Source: an uncultured Candidatus Rokubacteria bacterium (GTDB lineage Bacteria; Methylomirabilota; Methylomirabilia; Rokubacteriales; CSP1-6). From it: a DNA stretch of 64,000 nucleotides. The translations under genes were made by a program, and so were the position numbers. The stretch covers positions 320,001 to 384,000 of the forward strand of contig CAVXJS010000009.1 in assembly GCA_963762145.1 (NCBI GenBank), written 5' to 3'. Shown piece by piece: positions 19,262 to 29,785 of this stretch; position 1 is the first letter of the stretch, and the number at the start of each line of letters is the position of its first letter. The notes below the pieces were generated by a model. The model did no database searches, was not told the origin of the DNA, and saw only the letters and a program-made list of their open reading frames with translations.

Positions 19262-21328
19262 GTGATTCCGGGAACCGCGCGGGGTCCGGACCGAGCCAAT
19301 ATCCTCGTGGTCGACGATCGGCGGTCCAAGCTGGTCGCGATGAACGCGGTGCTCGCCGAGCTCGGCGAGAACGTGATCTGCGTGGAATCGGGCGCCGACG
19401 CCCTTCGTCAGCTCCTCGCGCGCGAGTTCGCGGTGATCCTGCTCGACGTCAACATGCCGGACATGGACGGGTTCGAGGCCGCGGCCCTGATCCGGCAGCG
19501 GCCGCGCCTGCAGCACGTTCCCATCATCTTCATGACCGCGGCCAGCGACGACACTCACGCGCTGCGCGGCTACTCACTCGGGGCGGTCGACTACATCCTG
19601 ACCCCGGTGGTGCCCGAGGTGCTCCGCTCGAAGGTGAAGGTCTTCGTCGACCTCTTCCGGATGACCGAACAGCTGAAGCGCCGGGCCGAGGAGCGGGTGG
19701 CCCTCGCCGAGGAGCAGGCCGGCCGGGCGGCCGCCGAGGCGGCGAGCCGCCGGGCCGCCTTCCTGGCCGACGCGGGCAAGAACATGGCCCGATCCCTCGA
19801 TCTCGAGACCACCGTCCAGGCGATCCTCGGGCTCGCGGTGCCGGCCCTCGGCGATCTCGCCGTCCTGCAGCTCCGTGGCACCGGCGACGCGGTGACCCAC
19901 GTGCGTCACCGCCGAGCGGAGGCGTCCGCCGATCCTCTGGACGGGGTGCTGGTGGAGGGAATCGGCCGGGTGAGCCGCACCCTCACCCGCCAGACCATCG
20001 CCCGTGAGGGTGACGGCGGGGACGCGGCGCGCGGCGTGGTATGCCCGCTGCTGGCGCGCGGAGCCATGGTCGGGGTCCTCGCGGTGGTAGCCGAGGAGCC
20101 GCGACGCCCATTCGACCCCGCCACCGTGGTGATGATCGAGGAATTCGCGGGGCGCGCCGGGATCGCGCTCGACAACTGTCTGCTCTATGGAGAGATCCAG
20201 GAGCGCGATCTCCGCAAGGAGCAGTTCGTGGCCATGCTCGCGCACGAGCTGCGGAACCCCCTCGGGGCGATCAGCTCGGCGGTCGGCGTCCTCGAGATGG
20301 TCGGGGGTGACCCGGCCGACCGGGCCCGCGGCATCATCAAGCGCCAGATCCAGCACCTCACGCAGCTCGTCGACGATCTCCTGGACACGGCCCGGATCAC
20401 GACCGGCAAGATCGCGCTGACCCACACCGCCGTCAACCTGGCCGAGAGCGCGGCGCGCTGTCTCAAGACGCTCGAGGTGGCCGGCCGCACCGACGGCCAC
20501 GTCATCGAGGTGGACATCGAGGATGCCTGGGTCTCGGCGGACACGGCCCGCATCGATCAGATCATGGCCAACCTGATCGGCAATGCGGTGAAGTACACGC
20601 CGGCCGGCGGGCACATCACGATCCGCATCCATCCCCGGGGCGACCATGCGGTCCTGGAGATCGCGGATACCGGCGTCGGCATATCCCCGGAGGCCCTGGA
20701 GCACGTCTTCGATCTGTTCTTCCAGGAGGACCGCTCTCAGGATCGGCTTCGAGGTGGCCTGGGGATCGGCCTGACCCTGGTCCGCCAGCTGGTCCTGCTG
20801 CACGGCGGACAGGTCGAGGCCGCCAGCGACGGGCCGGGACGGGGCAGCCGGTTCACGGTCCGGATGCCCCTGTCTACTCCTGCGGTCTCGGGAGAGCCGG
20901 AGCCCGCCGCCGCCGGGGCCGCGCCGGGCCGGAGCCGCATCCTCATCATCGAGGACAACGAGGACGCCCGCCAGATGCTGCAGATGCTGCTCGTCCTGGC
21001 CGGCCACGAGGTCGATGCCGCCGCCGATGGTCCGACCGGTGTCGAGATGGCGCGGCAGAAGCGGCCTGACATTGCGGTGATCGATCTCGGGTTGCCCGGC
21101 ATGGACGGATACGAGGTCGCCCGCCGGCTCCGGAGGGAGCCGCGACCGGACCTGCGGCTCATCGCCCTGACCGGCTATGGGCAGGCCGAGGACCGTCGCA
21201 AGACGCTCGAAGCCGGCTTCGACATGCACCTCGTGAAGCCGGTGGATCCGGCCCGCCTCTCGGTCGCGATCGCCTCGCTGGAAGCGCGGCGAGACGAGAA
21301 GAAAGACCTCGACTGCCCCGGCCGTTGA
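19262..21328 (+). CDS. REC-GAF-histidine kinase-REC hybrid protein
   Basis: NILVVDD...ILLDVNMPDMDG, GAF-like region, FVAMLAHELRNPL, NLIGNAVKYT, GGLGIGL, C-terminal receiver. Starts 8 nt after the poly-HAMP kinase. Confidence 0.92.
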   Translation: MIPGTARGPDRANILVVDDRRSKLVAMNAVLAELGENVICVESGADALRQLLAREFAVILLDVNMPDMDGFEAAALIRQRPRLQHVPIIFMTAASDDTHALRGYSLGAVDYILTPVVPEVLRSKVKVFVDLFRMTEQLKRRAEERVALAEEQAGRAAAEAASRRAAFLADAGKNMARSLDLETTVQAILGLAVPALGDLAVLQLRGTGDAVTHVRHRRAEASADPLDGVLVEGIGRVSRTLTRQTIAREGDGGDAARGVVCPLLARGAMVGVLAVVAEEPRRPFDPATVVMIEEFAGRAGIALDNCLLYGEIQERDLRKEQFVAMLAHELRNPLGAISSAVGVLEMVGGDPADRARGIIKRQIQHLTQLVDDLLDTARITTGKIALTHTAVNLAESAARCLKTLEVAGRTDGHVIEVDIEDAWVSADTARIDQIMANLIGNAVKYTPAGGHITIRIHPRGDHAVLEIADTGVGISPEALEHVFDLFFQEDRSQDRLRGGLGIGLTLVRQLVLLHGGQVEAASDGPGRGSRFTVRMPLSTPAVSGEPEPAAAGAAPGRSRILIIEDNEDARQMLQMLLVLAGHEVDAAADGPTGVEMARQKRPDIAVIDLGLPGMDGYEVARRLRREPRPDLRLIALTGYGQAEDRRKTLEAGFDMHLVKPVDPARLSVAIASLEARRDEKKDLDCPGR

Positions 21329-21332
21329 GCGG

Positions 21333-22946
21333 TCAGTCGACCGGCGCGGGCAGCGGGCGCACCTGACCGGGGGCGTCCTCCTCGCGGGGCGCGGGAGGCT
21401 CGGCGTGCACGCGCCGCATGAGCGGCAGGAAGAGCGGCACGATCGAGAACAGGATGGCGAGGAGCCAGAAGTCGTCCGCATAGGCCAGCACCTGGGCCTG
21501 GCCGACCACGTCGTGGTAGAGCATGGCGAGCGCGCGCCGCTGCGCGGTGAACGAATCGGCGCCCTGGGCCAGGAAGTGGCTCGTCCACTGGGCCAGGCGC
21601 TCCTGGGTCGCGGGATCCCAGATCGTGACGTGGCTCACCAGGTTGTTCTGGTGGAACTGGCTGCGCTGGGCCAGGTAGGTGGTGGCGAGCGCGATGCCCA
21701 CGCTGCCCCCGAGGTTGCGCAGGACGTTGTAGGCCGACGTCGCGTTGACGAGCTTGTCGCGCCGGATGGTGGCCAGGGTCAGCGTGGAGAGCGGCACGAA
21801 GATGAAGCCGAGCGCGAAGCCCTGGATGATGCGCGGCAGGGTCAGGCTCCAGTAGTCCATCCCCAGCGTCAGGTTCGACATCATGTAGAGGCTGATCGCG
21901 TTGACCAGGCAGCCGAAGGTGAGGAGCAGGCGCTGGTCCACGCGGGTCACGAGGCGCCCGCACAGGATGAGCGAGAACATGTTGCCGAGGCCGCCGGGGG
22001 CGAGCACGAGGCCCGAGGTCAGGGCGTCGTAGCCGAGGAGCTTCTGGGAATAGAGGGCGAGCAGGACCATGCTCGAGAACATCCCGAGGCCGATCAGGGC
22101 GATGAAGGTGGCCCCGAAGGCGAAGTTGCGGTCGGTGAATACCCGCAGGTCCAGCACCGGATCCTTCGCCATCAGCTCGCGCGCGAGGAAGCCCACCAGG
22201 GAGACGCTCGCGATGATCGCGAGCGCGACGATCAGGGAGGAGTCGAACCAGTCCTCGCGCTCCCCGCGATCCAGCATGAGCTGGAGGCAGCCGAAGCCCA
22301 GCACCATCAGCACGAGGCCGGGCCAGTCCACCCGGCTCGGCTTGCGGAGATACGGCGGATCGAAGAGGAAAGCGCTGGCCATGAAGAAACCGAGCAGCCC
22401 GACCGGGAGGTTGATGTAGAAGATCCACCGCCACGACCAGTTGTCCGCGATGTAGCCGCCGAGGGTCGGGCCGATGATCGGCCCCATCATGAAGCCGACA
22501 CCCCACACCGCCATCGCGAGGCCGCGCTGCCCGAGCGGGAAGATCTCCCACAGAATGGCCTGGGAGAGGGGGATGATCGGGCCGCCCCCGATCCCCTGCG
22601 CGATCCGCGCCAGGACCAGGAACGTGAGATTCGGCGCCATGCCCGACAGGACCGAGCTCACCGTGAACAGCACGCAGCAGATCAGGAAGAAGCGCTTGCG
22701 GCCCAGGACCCCCGCGAGCCAGCCGGTGGCGGGAATGATGATCGCGTTGGCGGCCAGGTAGGAGGTGATGACCCACGACACCTCCTCGAGCCCGGCGGAG
22801 AGCGAGCCCTGCAGGTGCGGGAGCACCACGTTGGTCACGCTGGTGTCGAGCACCTGCATGAAGGCCACCACCATCACCGACAGGGTGATGGCCCACTTGC
22901 GGGCCGCCGAGATCGGCCCGAGGTCCGTGGCGGGGGACGCGCTCAC
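21333..22946 (-). CDS. emrB: DHA2 family MFS efflux permease, EmrB/QacA
   Basis: FMQVLDTSVTNV, SWVITSYL, GPTLGGYIADNWSWRWIFYINLPVG, RNLGGSVGIA; many TM helices. Confidence 0.92.
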   Translation of the reverse strand: MSASPATDLGPISAARKWAITLSVMVVAFMQVLDTSVTNVVLPHLQGSLSAGLEEVSWVITSYLAANAIIIPATGWLAGVLGRKRFFLICCVLFTVSSVLSGMAPNLTFLVLARIAQGIGGGPIIPLSQAILWEIFPLGQRGLAMAVWGVGFMMGPIIGPTLGGYIADNWSWRWIFYINLPVGLLGFFMASAFLFDPPYLRKPSRVDWPGLVLMVLGFGCLQLMLDRGEREDWFDSSLIVALAIIASVSLVGFLARELMAKDPVLDLRVFTDRNFAFGATFIALIGLGMFSSMVLLALYSQKLLGYDALTSGLVLAPGGLGNMFSLILCGRLVTRVDQRLLLTFGCLVNAISLYMMSNLTLGMDYWSLTLPRIIQGFALGFIFVPLSTLTLATIRRDKLVNATSAYNVLRNLGGSVGIALATTYLAQRSQFHQNNLVSHVTIWDPATQERLAQWTSHFLAQGADSFTAQRRALAMLYHDVVGQAQVLAYADDFWLLAILFSIVPLFLPLMRRVHAEPPAPREEDAPGQVRPLPAPVD

Positions 22947-22962
22947 GGGCAGCTCGCGCCGG

Positions 22963-24216
22963 CTACTTCACGCGGATGACGACGTACGCCGACATGCCGG
23001 CGCGGAGCGTGTGCGGGTTGCCGAACTCCTTGGCGTTCAGCCGGATCTTCACCGGCACCCGCTGCACGACCTTGACCCAGTTGCCGGTGGCATTCTCGGG
23101 CGGCAGGAGCGAGAAGCGCGCCCCGGTGCCCGCGCTGAGCGAGTCCACCGTGCCGTGGAACACCTGGCCGGGGAAGGTGTCGATCTCGACCTCGGCGGGC
23201 ATGCCCGGCTTCACGCGCGCGAGCTGGGTCTCCTTGAAGTTGGCGAGCACCCAGACTTCGTGCAGCGGCACGATGGCGAGCAGGGGCTGGCCCATCTGCA
23301 CCACCTGCCCCGCTTCCACGCTCTTCTTGGCGATGACCCCGTCGGCGGGCGCGCGGACCTCGGTGTGCTGGAGCTGCAGCTCCGCGAAGGCCAGATCGGC
23401 CTGGGCCTGGCTCAGCGTCGCCGACGCGCGCGCGATCTCGGCCTCCTTCACCGCGACCTGCCGCCGCTGGCTCTCGACGCGCCCGAGCGCGGCGCGCGCC
23501 TCGTTGATGCGCTGCCGGGCCTGGCTCACCGCGAGCACCCGGCTCGCGAGGGCGGCCTCCGCCTGCTGCACTTCCTTCTCGGTCTGGTTGAGGCGCCGCT
23601 GGGTCGACTCGAAGGCGGCGGCGGAGGTCCCCGCGCTCATCTCCGCCTGGTCGAAATCGCGCTGGGACACGAAGCCGCCCTTGAGCAGGGTCCGCATCCG
23701 CTCCATCTCGCGCGCGTTCTGGCGCTGGGTGCTCTGGGCGCCCGCCACGTCCGCGGTCATCGCGGCCACCGCGGCGCGCTTGGCCTCCACGGTGGCGCGC
23801 GCCTCCGCCACCGCGGACTCGGCGGCCTGCTCCGCGACCCGGGCCGACTCCAGTGCGGCGCGCGCCTCCTCGGCCAGGGCGCTCGTGGTCTCGCGGGTGA
23901 GCTGGGTCTCGGAGCTCGTGGCCTGGTGGCTCGCCTGGGCCACGGCCACCGAGGCCCGGGCCTGGTCGCGCCGGGCCTGGTAGTCGCGCGGATCGATGCG
24001 GAGCAGGAGATCGCCCGCCTTCACCGCGCGGTTGTCCTCCAGGTGGAGCTCGGCGACGTGGCCCGACACCTTGGCGCTGATGACCACGATGCTGCCCTCG
24101 ACGTAGGCGTCGTCCGTGGTGATGCGCTTCGTGCTCTGCCACCAGGCGTACCCGCCCCAGCCGACGGCGGCGAGAGCCGCCACGACGGCCAGGATGATCA
24201 GACGCCGGTGTCTCAT
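22963..24216 (-). CDS. emrA: HlyD/EmrA family membrane fusion protein
   Basis: TTDDAYVEG, long coiled coil, WVLANFKETQL, FSLLPPENATGNWVKVVQRVPV. Confidence 0.93.
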   Translation of the reverse strand: MRHRRLIILAVVAALAAVGWGGYAWWQSTKRITTDDAYVEGSIVVISAKVSGHVAELHLEDNRAVKAGDLLLRIDPRDYQARRDQARASVAVAQASHQATSSETQLTRETTSALAEEARAALESARVAEQAAESAVAEARATVEAKRAAVAAMTADVAGAQSTQRQNAREMERMRTLLKGGFVSQRDFDQAEMSAGTSAAAFESTQRRLNQTEKEVQQAEAALASRVLAVSQARQRINEARAALGRVESQRRQVAVKEAEIARASATLSQAQADLAFAELQLQHTEVRAPADGVIAKKSVEAGQVVQMGQPLLAIVPLHEVWVLANFKETQLARVKPGMPAEVEIDTFPGQVFHGTVDSLSAGTGARFSLLPPENATGNWVKVVQRVPVKIRLNAKEFGNPHTLRAGMSAYVVIRVK

Positions 24217-24323
24217 CGGGGGTATGCTATCACCCCCCGGACGCGACTACACGAGGCCGTCAGCCGCCGCGGCGGCCCGGATCTACGTAGATCTACGTGA
24301 GCTGAACGGGCGACCCCGGAGCG

Positions 24324-24659
24324 TCAGATTCTGGTATTCGCCGTCCCGCGACTCTTCGGCGCGGCCCGCCCCTTCCGGACCTCGGCCACGACTTCGTGCC
24401 AGCCCGGATCGGTCGGCCCATCCGCCATCTCGTCGAGCCGCCGGCGCATCTCGGTGAACTCGGGAGCGTGGTGCCACTTCTCCCAGTCCTCCTGACTCTG
24501 CCACGTGCCGACGATCACCCGGCCGTTCGGCGACCGCAGCAGCTGGCCACCGACCCAGCCGGGGTGTTTCTTGGCCGCCTGCATGCGCTCGAGCATGAGG
24601 CTATCCCACTCCTCCTCCGATCCCGGCTTCAGCGGAACATGGGTCACCACGGTCATCAT
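24324..24659 (-). CDS. antibiotic biosynthesis monooxygenase (ABM) family protein
   Basis: VVTHVPLKPGSEEEW...HPGWVGGQLL...GTWQSQEDWEKWH. SD AGGAG; ATGA overlap with the upstream gene. Confidence 0.8.
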   Translation of the reverse strand: MMTVVTHVPLKPGSEEEWDSLMLERMQAAKKHPGWVGGQLLRSPNGRVIVGTWQSQEDWEKWHHAPEFTEMRRRLDEMADGPTDPGWHEVVAEVRKGRAAPKSRGTANTRI

Positions 24660-24979
24660 CGCTCTCCTCCTTCGAGGCCGTTCTCGGTGTGGAACGGGCC
24701 GGAGCGGGTGATGACCAGATCGTCCCCCGGCTCCGCGTCGATGGTGGCGTCCGACAATGCGTCCGCCAGGCCTTCCTCCACGAGCAGAACCTTGGTCCCG
24801 CCGTACTCGACGACCTGATCGCCAAGGCTCTCGCGGTCCACGCGCAGCCCGAACTGGCCCTGCCCGGGCTCGAGGCTCGCCGCCAGCGAGAGGCGGAGGG
24901 CCACGTCGTCGTCCTCGATCTCACACTGTCGCTTCAGCCGGGCGAGAGTCGCCTTCGCGTGCTCGGTCACGGTGAGCAT
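24656..24979 (-). CDS. HesB/IscA-fold protein lacking Fe-S cysteines
   Basis: MLTVTEHA...ALRL...GDQVVEYGGTKVLLVEEGLADALSDATID pattern. SD AAGGAG. Confidence 0.7.
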   Translation of the reverse strand: MLTVTEHAKATLARLKRQCEIEDDDVALRLSLAASLEPGQGQFGLRVDRESLGDQVVEYGGTKVLLVEEGLADALSDATIDAEPGDDLVITRSGPFHTENGLEGGER

Positions 24980-25005
24980 GTGGGTCTCCTTTCGGCGGCG
25001 AGGTC

Positions 25006-25021
25006 TGCAGAGGCTGTGCCA
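25006..25021 (-). promoter_or_regulatory. sigma-54 (-24/-12) promoter for the HesB-like/ABM operon
   Basis: Minus strand TGGCACAGCCTCTGCA = GG-N10-GC. Confidence 0.75.
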
Positions 25022-25174
25022 GCGATGCTCCCCGGGGCGGAAGCGCGATCCGCGGCCGGGAAAGCCCGGGCGCCCCGGCCCGGCGGGTACGACTTACCGT
25101 GCAGAAATTCCCGGGCGTGCAGTTCTGACGAGTGGCGGCTTGACGACGCTGCGGCGACGGGCCAGTATCTCGGC

Positions 25175-26225
25175 GTGCACGTCGGGATCTTCGTCGAGGA
25201 GCTGCGGCACGGGGCCACCCAGGCCGGGGCGTTCCGGGACATCTTCGAGACGGCGGACCACGCGGAGGCGTGGGGCATCGACTGCGTCTGGCTCGGCGAG
25301 ATCCACTTCACGCCCTCGCGATCGATCATCTCCGCGTCGCTCCAGGTCGCGAGCGCGATCGCGGCGCGCACGACGCCGCCTCCGGGTCGGCACCGCGGTC
25401 CAGGTGCTGCCGCTCAACCATCCGCTGCGGATCGCCGAGGAGGTCGCCACCGTCGACCACATCAGCGAGGGGCGCTTCGAGTTCGGCATCGGCCGCAGCG
25501 GCGTCGTGCGCACCTACGATACCTACGGGATGCGCTACGACGAGAGCCAGGCCCGCTTCCGCGAGGCCCTCGACATCGTACGGCGGGCGTGGACGGGGGA
25601 GCCGTTCAGCTACGAGGGCGAGTTCTATCGCATCCGGGACGCGACGGTCGCGCCCCGCCCCTACCAGGTGCCGCATCCCCCGATCCGGATGGCGGCCACG
25701 AGCGACGAGACGTTCCCGGCCGCCGGCCGCCTGGGCCTGCCCATCTTCGTGGGGCTGCGGGCCACCGAGATCTCCGATCTGCAGGCCCAGCTCGCGCCGT
25801 ACCGCGAGGCCTGGCGGCAAGCGGGCCATCCGGGCGAGCCGAGCGTCTACCTGCGCATCCCGGTCTACTGCTCGCCCACCGCCCGCGGCGCGGTGGAGGA
25901 GCCGCGCGAGAGCCTGACGTCGTTCTTCGCCCGCCAGACCGAGCTGGCCCGCAGCGCGGTGGGACGCGCCGGCGCGGGGCCGGCCGACCGGCGCCTCATG
26001 CAGGCCGAGCGGATGGCCGCGCTCTCGTACGACGACATGCTCGCCCGCAAGGTGGTCTTCGGCACCGCCCCCGCGGTCGTCGAGCGCCTCACCGAGCTGC
26101 GCGAGCAGCTCCAGCTCGACGGCATCGTGGCCGAGCTGAATCCGGGCGGCCGCATTCCCCACGAGCTCGAGACCCGCAGCCTCCAGATCCTCGCGCGCGA
26201 CGTCCTGCCCGCCTTCAAGGCCTGA
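25175..26225 (+). CDS. LLM-class flavin-dependent oxidoreductase (frameshift near 25375)
   Basis: VWLGEIHF, VGTAVQVLPLNHPLRIAEEVATVDHISEGRFEFGIGR, PRPYQVPHPPI. Promoter TTGACG-N17-CAGTAT 6 nt before GTG. Confidence 0.88.
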
Positions 26226-26234
26226 CCCGATCCC

Positions 26235-27182
26235 ATGAGCGAGGAAGCCCTCCGCGCGATCGCCCTGCAGGTGCGGAACTGGGGCCGGTGGGGTCCGGAC
26301 GACGAGATCGGCACGCTCAACTACATCACGCCCGAGCGCATCGCGGCCGCGTGCCGGCTCGCCACCACCGGCAAGGTCTTCGCCCTCGGGATTCCCCTCG
26401 ACCGCAACGGCCCCCAGAGCGGCACGCGCGCGCGCTTCAACCCGATCCACACCATGTTCCGCGACGGGGGCGACGCGCCCAAGACGCCCGCCGAGGTCCG
26501 GGCGATGGAAGGCTACGGCGGCTCCGACGACTGGATCGTGATGCCGCTGCAGTGCGTGACCCAGTGGGACAGCCTGGCCCACATCTTCTACGAGGGGAAG
26601 ATGTACAACGGCTACGACGCCGCGCTGGTCACCAGCAGCGGCGCGGCCAAGAACAGCATCGACAAGACCACGAGCCGGCTGGCCGGCCGCGGCGTGCTCC
26701 TCGACGTGGCCCGGCACAAGGGCGTGAAGGCGCTCGAGCCCGGCTACGCGATCACGGTGGCCGACCTGGAGGCCACCGCCGCGGCCCAGCGGGTCGAGGT
26801 GCTGCCGGGAGACATCCTCCTCGTCCGCACCGGGCACATGTCCCGCTATCTCGACCGGAACGACTGGCGGCACTACGATCTCGATCCGTTCCCGGGCGTC
26901 TCGGTGCACACCGCGCCGTGGCTGCACGCCCGGCAGATCGCCGCCATCGCGAGCGACAACTACGCGGTGGAGGTCCGGCCGTCGGAGATCGCGGGCTTTC
27001 GCAACCCCTTCCACGTGGTCGCGATCCCCAACATGGGCCTCACCCTGGGCGAGATCTTCTTCCTGGAAGACCTCGCGTCCGACTGCGCGGCCGACGGCCA
27101 CTACGCGTTCCTGCTCGTCGCGCCGCCGCTGCCGGTGGCGCGCGCGGTGGGCACGCCGATCAATCCCTACGCCCTGAAGTAG
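26235..27182 (+). CDS. cyclase family protein (kynurenine formamidase-like metal hydrolase)
   Basis: NWGRWGPDDEIGTLN, TQWDSLAH, GRGVLLDVAR, GDILLVRTG, GTPINP. Confidence 0.9.
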   Translation: MSEEALRAIALQVRNWGRWGPDDEIGTLNYITPERIAAACRLATTGKVFALGIPLDRNGPQSGTRARFNPIHTMFRDGGDAPKTPAEVRAMEGYGGSDDWIVMPLQCVTQWDSLAHIFYEGKMYNGYDAALVTSSGAAKNSIDKTTSRLAGRGVLLDVARHKGVKALEPGYAITVADLEATAAAQRVEVLPGDILLVRTGHMSRYLDRNDWRHYDLDPFPGVSVHTAPWLHARQIAAIASDNYAVEVRPSEIAGFRNPFHVVAIPNMGLTLGEIFFLEDLASDCAADGHYAFLLVAPPLPVARAVGTPINPYALK

Positions 27183-27213
27183 TCCGTCCCAGACCGACCC
27201 GAGGAGGTCGCCG

Positions 27214-27849
27214 ATGACCGATCGCGAAGAGGCGGGACAGAAGGCGCTGGAGTTCTCGGAGAACCTGTGGAAGCGCGGCGACTTCTGGGAGTTCGAGACC
27301 TCGGACTACGAGCGCGCCCGTTTCGCGCGGACGGTCCAGATCCTCCAGGACGCGCGCTTCGCCCGGGGCGTCGAGCTGGGCTGCGGGGCGGGCTACTTCA
27401 CCCGGCTGCTCGCCCCCTACGTGGATCGCCTCGTCGCCTACGACATCTCCCCGACCGCGATCGAGCGCGCCCGGGCCGCGATCGGACCGTCCAGCGCGAT
27501 CGACTTCCGCGCGGGCAACGCCATGGACTACGCGTGGCGCGCCGACGGGCCGTGGGATCTGATAGTGATGAACGACACCATCTGCTATCTCGGGTGGCTG
27601 TACTCGTTCTTCGACATCGCGTGGTTCGCGTCCGAGGTCCACGAGGCGATCCGGCCGGGCGGCCGGTTCCTGATGGCCAACACCATGGACAAGCACGGGT
27701 ACGACAAGCTCCTCCTGCCCCACATCACCCGGAGCTACCGCGATCTCGTCCTCAACGTCGGCTTCACGCTGGATCGGGAGGAGACGATCCAGGGCACGAA
27801 GAATGGGGTGGAGTTCGCGACGCTGATCTCGCTCTTCGCCCGGCGCTGA
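27214..27849 (+). CDS. class I SAM-dependent methyltransferase, NodS-like
   Basis: DFWEFETSDYERARF, VELGCGAGYFT, DISPTAIERAR, DLIVMNDTICYL. SD GAGGAGG. Confidence 0.8.
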   Translation: MTDREEAGQKALEFSENLWKRGDFWEFETSDYERARFARTVQILQDARFARGVELGCGAGYFTRLLAPYVDRLVAYDISPTAIERARAAIGPSSAIDFRAGNAMDYAWRADGPWDLIVMNDTICYLGWLYSFFDIAWFASEVHEAIRPGGRFLMANTMDKHGYDKLLLPHITRSYRDLVLNVGFTLDREETIQGTKNGVEFATLISLFARR

Positions 27850-27870
27850 GGCCTCCCCGGCGTCCTTCGC

Positions 27871-28579
27871 TCAGGCCGCGCCGCCGCTGTCGAGGCACGC
27901 GACCGCGCGCCTGAGCTCGTGGTAGCTGATGAGCTCGACCGCCTGGTCGCGCAGCAGGCCGGGCAGGCGGGGATCGGCGAGGGTCTCACGCTCCCACTCC
28001 CGGTCGCGATGGTAGACGTAGTCCGCGGCCGCGTCGAGGTAGCCGGGATGCACGGCCAGCTCGTAGATGCCGCGCCGGAGCTCGGTGGACAGGATGCGCG
28101 TCGAGCGCCTCGAAGCTCACCTTCTCCGGCTCCGAGACCCCGTACTCCCACTGCCCGTAGAAGCCGCCCTTGAAGGTGACCGGCGGCCGATCGCGCAGCG
28201 GCAGGCCGTGCTCCTCGGCCAGCTCCTGGAAGCTCGCCTTGCATGCGGCCGCCGGTGCACGTGCTGGTGCGAATCGAGATGGGTGGGCGGCCGGCCGGTC
28301 AGGTCCACGAACCGGTCGAACTGCCGGCGCAGCTCGCGCCGGCAGACCGCCGGATCGTCGAACTCCACCAGGCGCTGGGCCTCGTTGGTGAAGTTCACGT
28401 GCAGGCCGAGCGAGAGCCGGGGGCGCGTCGCCGCCAGCGCCACCGCCTCGTCCGTGCCCGGCGTGTTGACCATCAGCGCGGCCGAGGTCACCACGCCCTG
28501 GTCGTGGAGCCTCGGCGATGCCGCGGTTGACCCCGCGGCCGTAGCCGAAGTCGTCCGCGTTGATGATCAGGAATTTCAT
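27871..28579 (-). CDS. ChbG/HpnK (YdjC) family carbohydrate deacetylase (frameshifted)
   Basis: IINADDFG, VTSAALMVN, LGLHVNF, PTHLDSHQHVH, HPGY. Confidence 0.88.
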
Positions 28580-28597
28580 CCGGCTCTGGCTCCCGGG

Positions 28598-29785
28598 CTA
28601 CAGCCCGATGTCCTCGAGGAGCTTGCCGCAGACGCGTGTGGCCTCCAGGTACTCCTCGGCCACCGCGCGCGCCGCGCGGCACGCGGCGCGCGTAGTCGGA
28701 CTCGATGGTGTCGATGGCCGCCAGCCGATCTCGTCCATGTCGCGAAACGCGAACAGCCCCTTGCCGGTGGGCAGCACGTTCTCGAAGCCGGTGCTCTGGG
28801 CGATCACCGGCTTGCCGGTGGCCAGGTAGCAGGCGTCGCGCTCGCTGAACCAGCCGCTGCGCAGCCGGACGTTCTGGTCCTTGGCCACCGTCCACTCCGC
28901 CCGCGAGGTCCGGAAGAACTCCTGGTAGGTCCGACGGGTCGAGCGAGGCGGCCAGCGGGCTCGTCACCGTCCAGCCGTGGGCTCGCAGCCGGTCGCAGGT
29001 CGGCGGCGTCGTCGATGTTCAGCGCAGAGCTCGAAGCGTTGCCGGGGCCGGCGCCGGGGCAGGTCGAGGAACTTCAGGAACTCGTGGTGCTTGCTCCAGC
29101 GGTAGGTCTCGCCGCGCCAGATCGACGTCGTGGCCGGGCTGCTTCCAGTTGCCGATGGTCGTGTAGCGGGCGGCCGCCGGGTCGAAGGCCATCGGCCAGA
29201 GCTCGAGGTCGATCGGCTGGCGCGTCTTGAGATAGCGGATGCCGGGCGGCAGCGGCACGCCGCAGTCGGGCGCGCCGTAGTTCTCGCCGTAGGTCACGAT
29301 CGTGTCGTGGGCGGCCAGCACCGCGCGCGTCTTCGCCCGCCGGTCGCGAGCTCCAGCTGGTTGGTGACCGGGTCGGTCTCGACGTAGACCCGCCGGCGCG
29401 GCCAGCGCGTGGTCGTCGTTCAGGACGGTGGCGCCGCAGAGGTTGAGCAGCGCGTCGCAGTCGCCGGTAGAGATCGCGCAGGCCGCCGACCGGCAGCCCG
29501 TAGCACTCCTCCCCGCCCCGGTAGAGCGGCCGGTAGGCCCAGCGGTCGCCCAGCCCGATGGCGCGACAGCGGTGCGGTGCAGGTACCGGGCGGCGTACGC
29601 GGGGTCGTCGGCTGATCGTGTCGGTGACGCGGGTCGTACGGCCACGTGGCGTCGTCCTCGACGTACCAGACGTCGTGCCCGAGCCGCTGGAAGCCGCGCA
29701 GCCAGTTGAGATAGAGCCAGGTCTGCCCGCCGAACGGGCAGCGGCCCATCATGCCGAGGACGACGAGCACCCGGCGGCGGGCCAC
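28598..29785 (-). CDS. putative glycosyltransferase (GT-B/CgeB-like; many frameshifts)
   Basis: GGQTWLYLNWLRGFQRLGHDVWYVED, DALLNLCGA, YTTIGNW, VAKDQNVRLRSGWFSERDACYLATGKPVIAQSTGF. Confidence 0.65.

Noticed and set aside
24656-24979. HesB-like selenoprotein
   Set aside because: No internal TGA. The terminal TGA overlaps the next ATG and is an ordinary stop.
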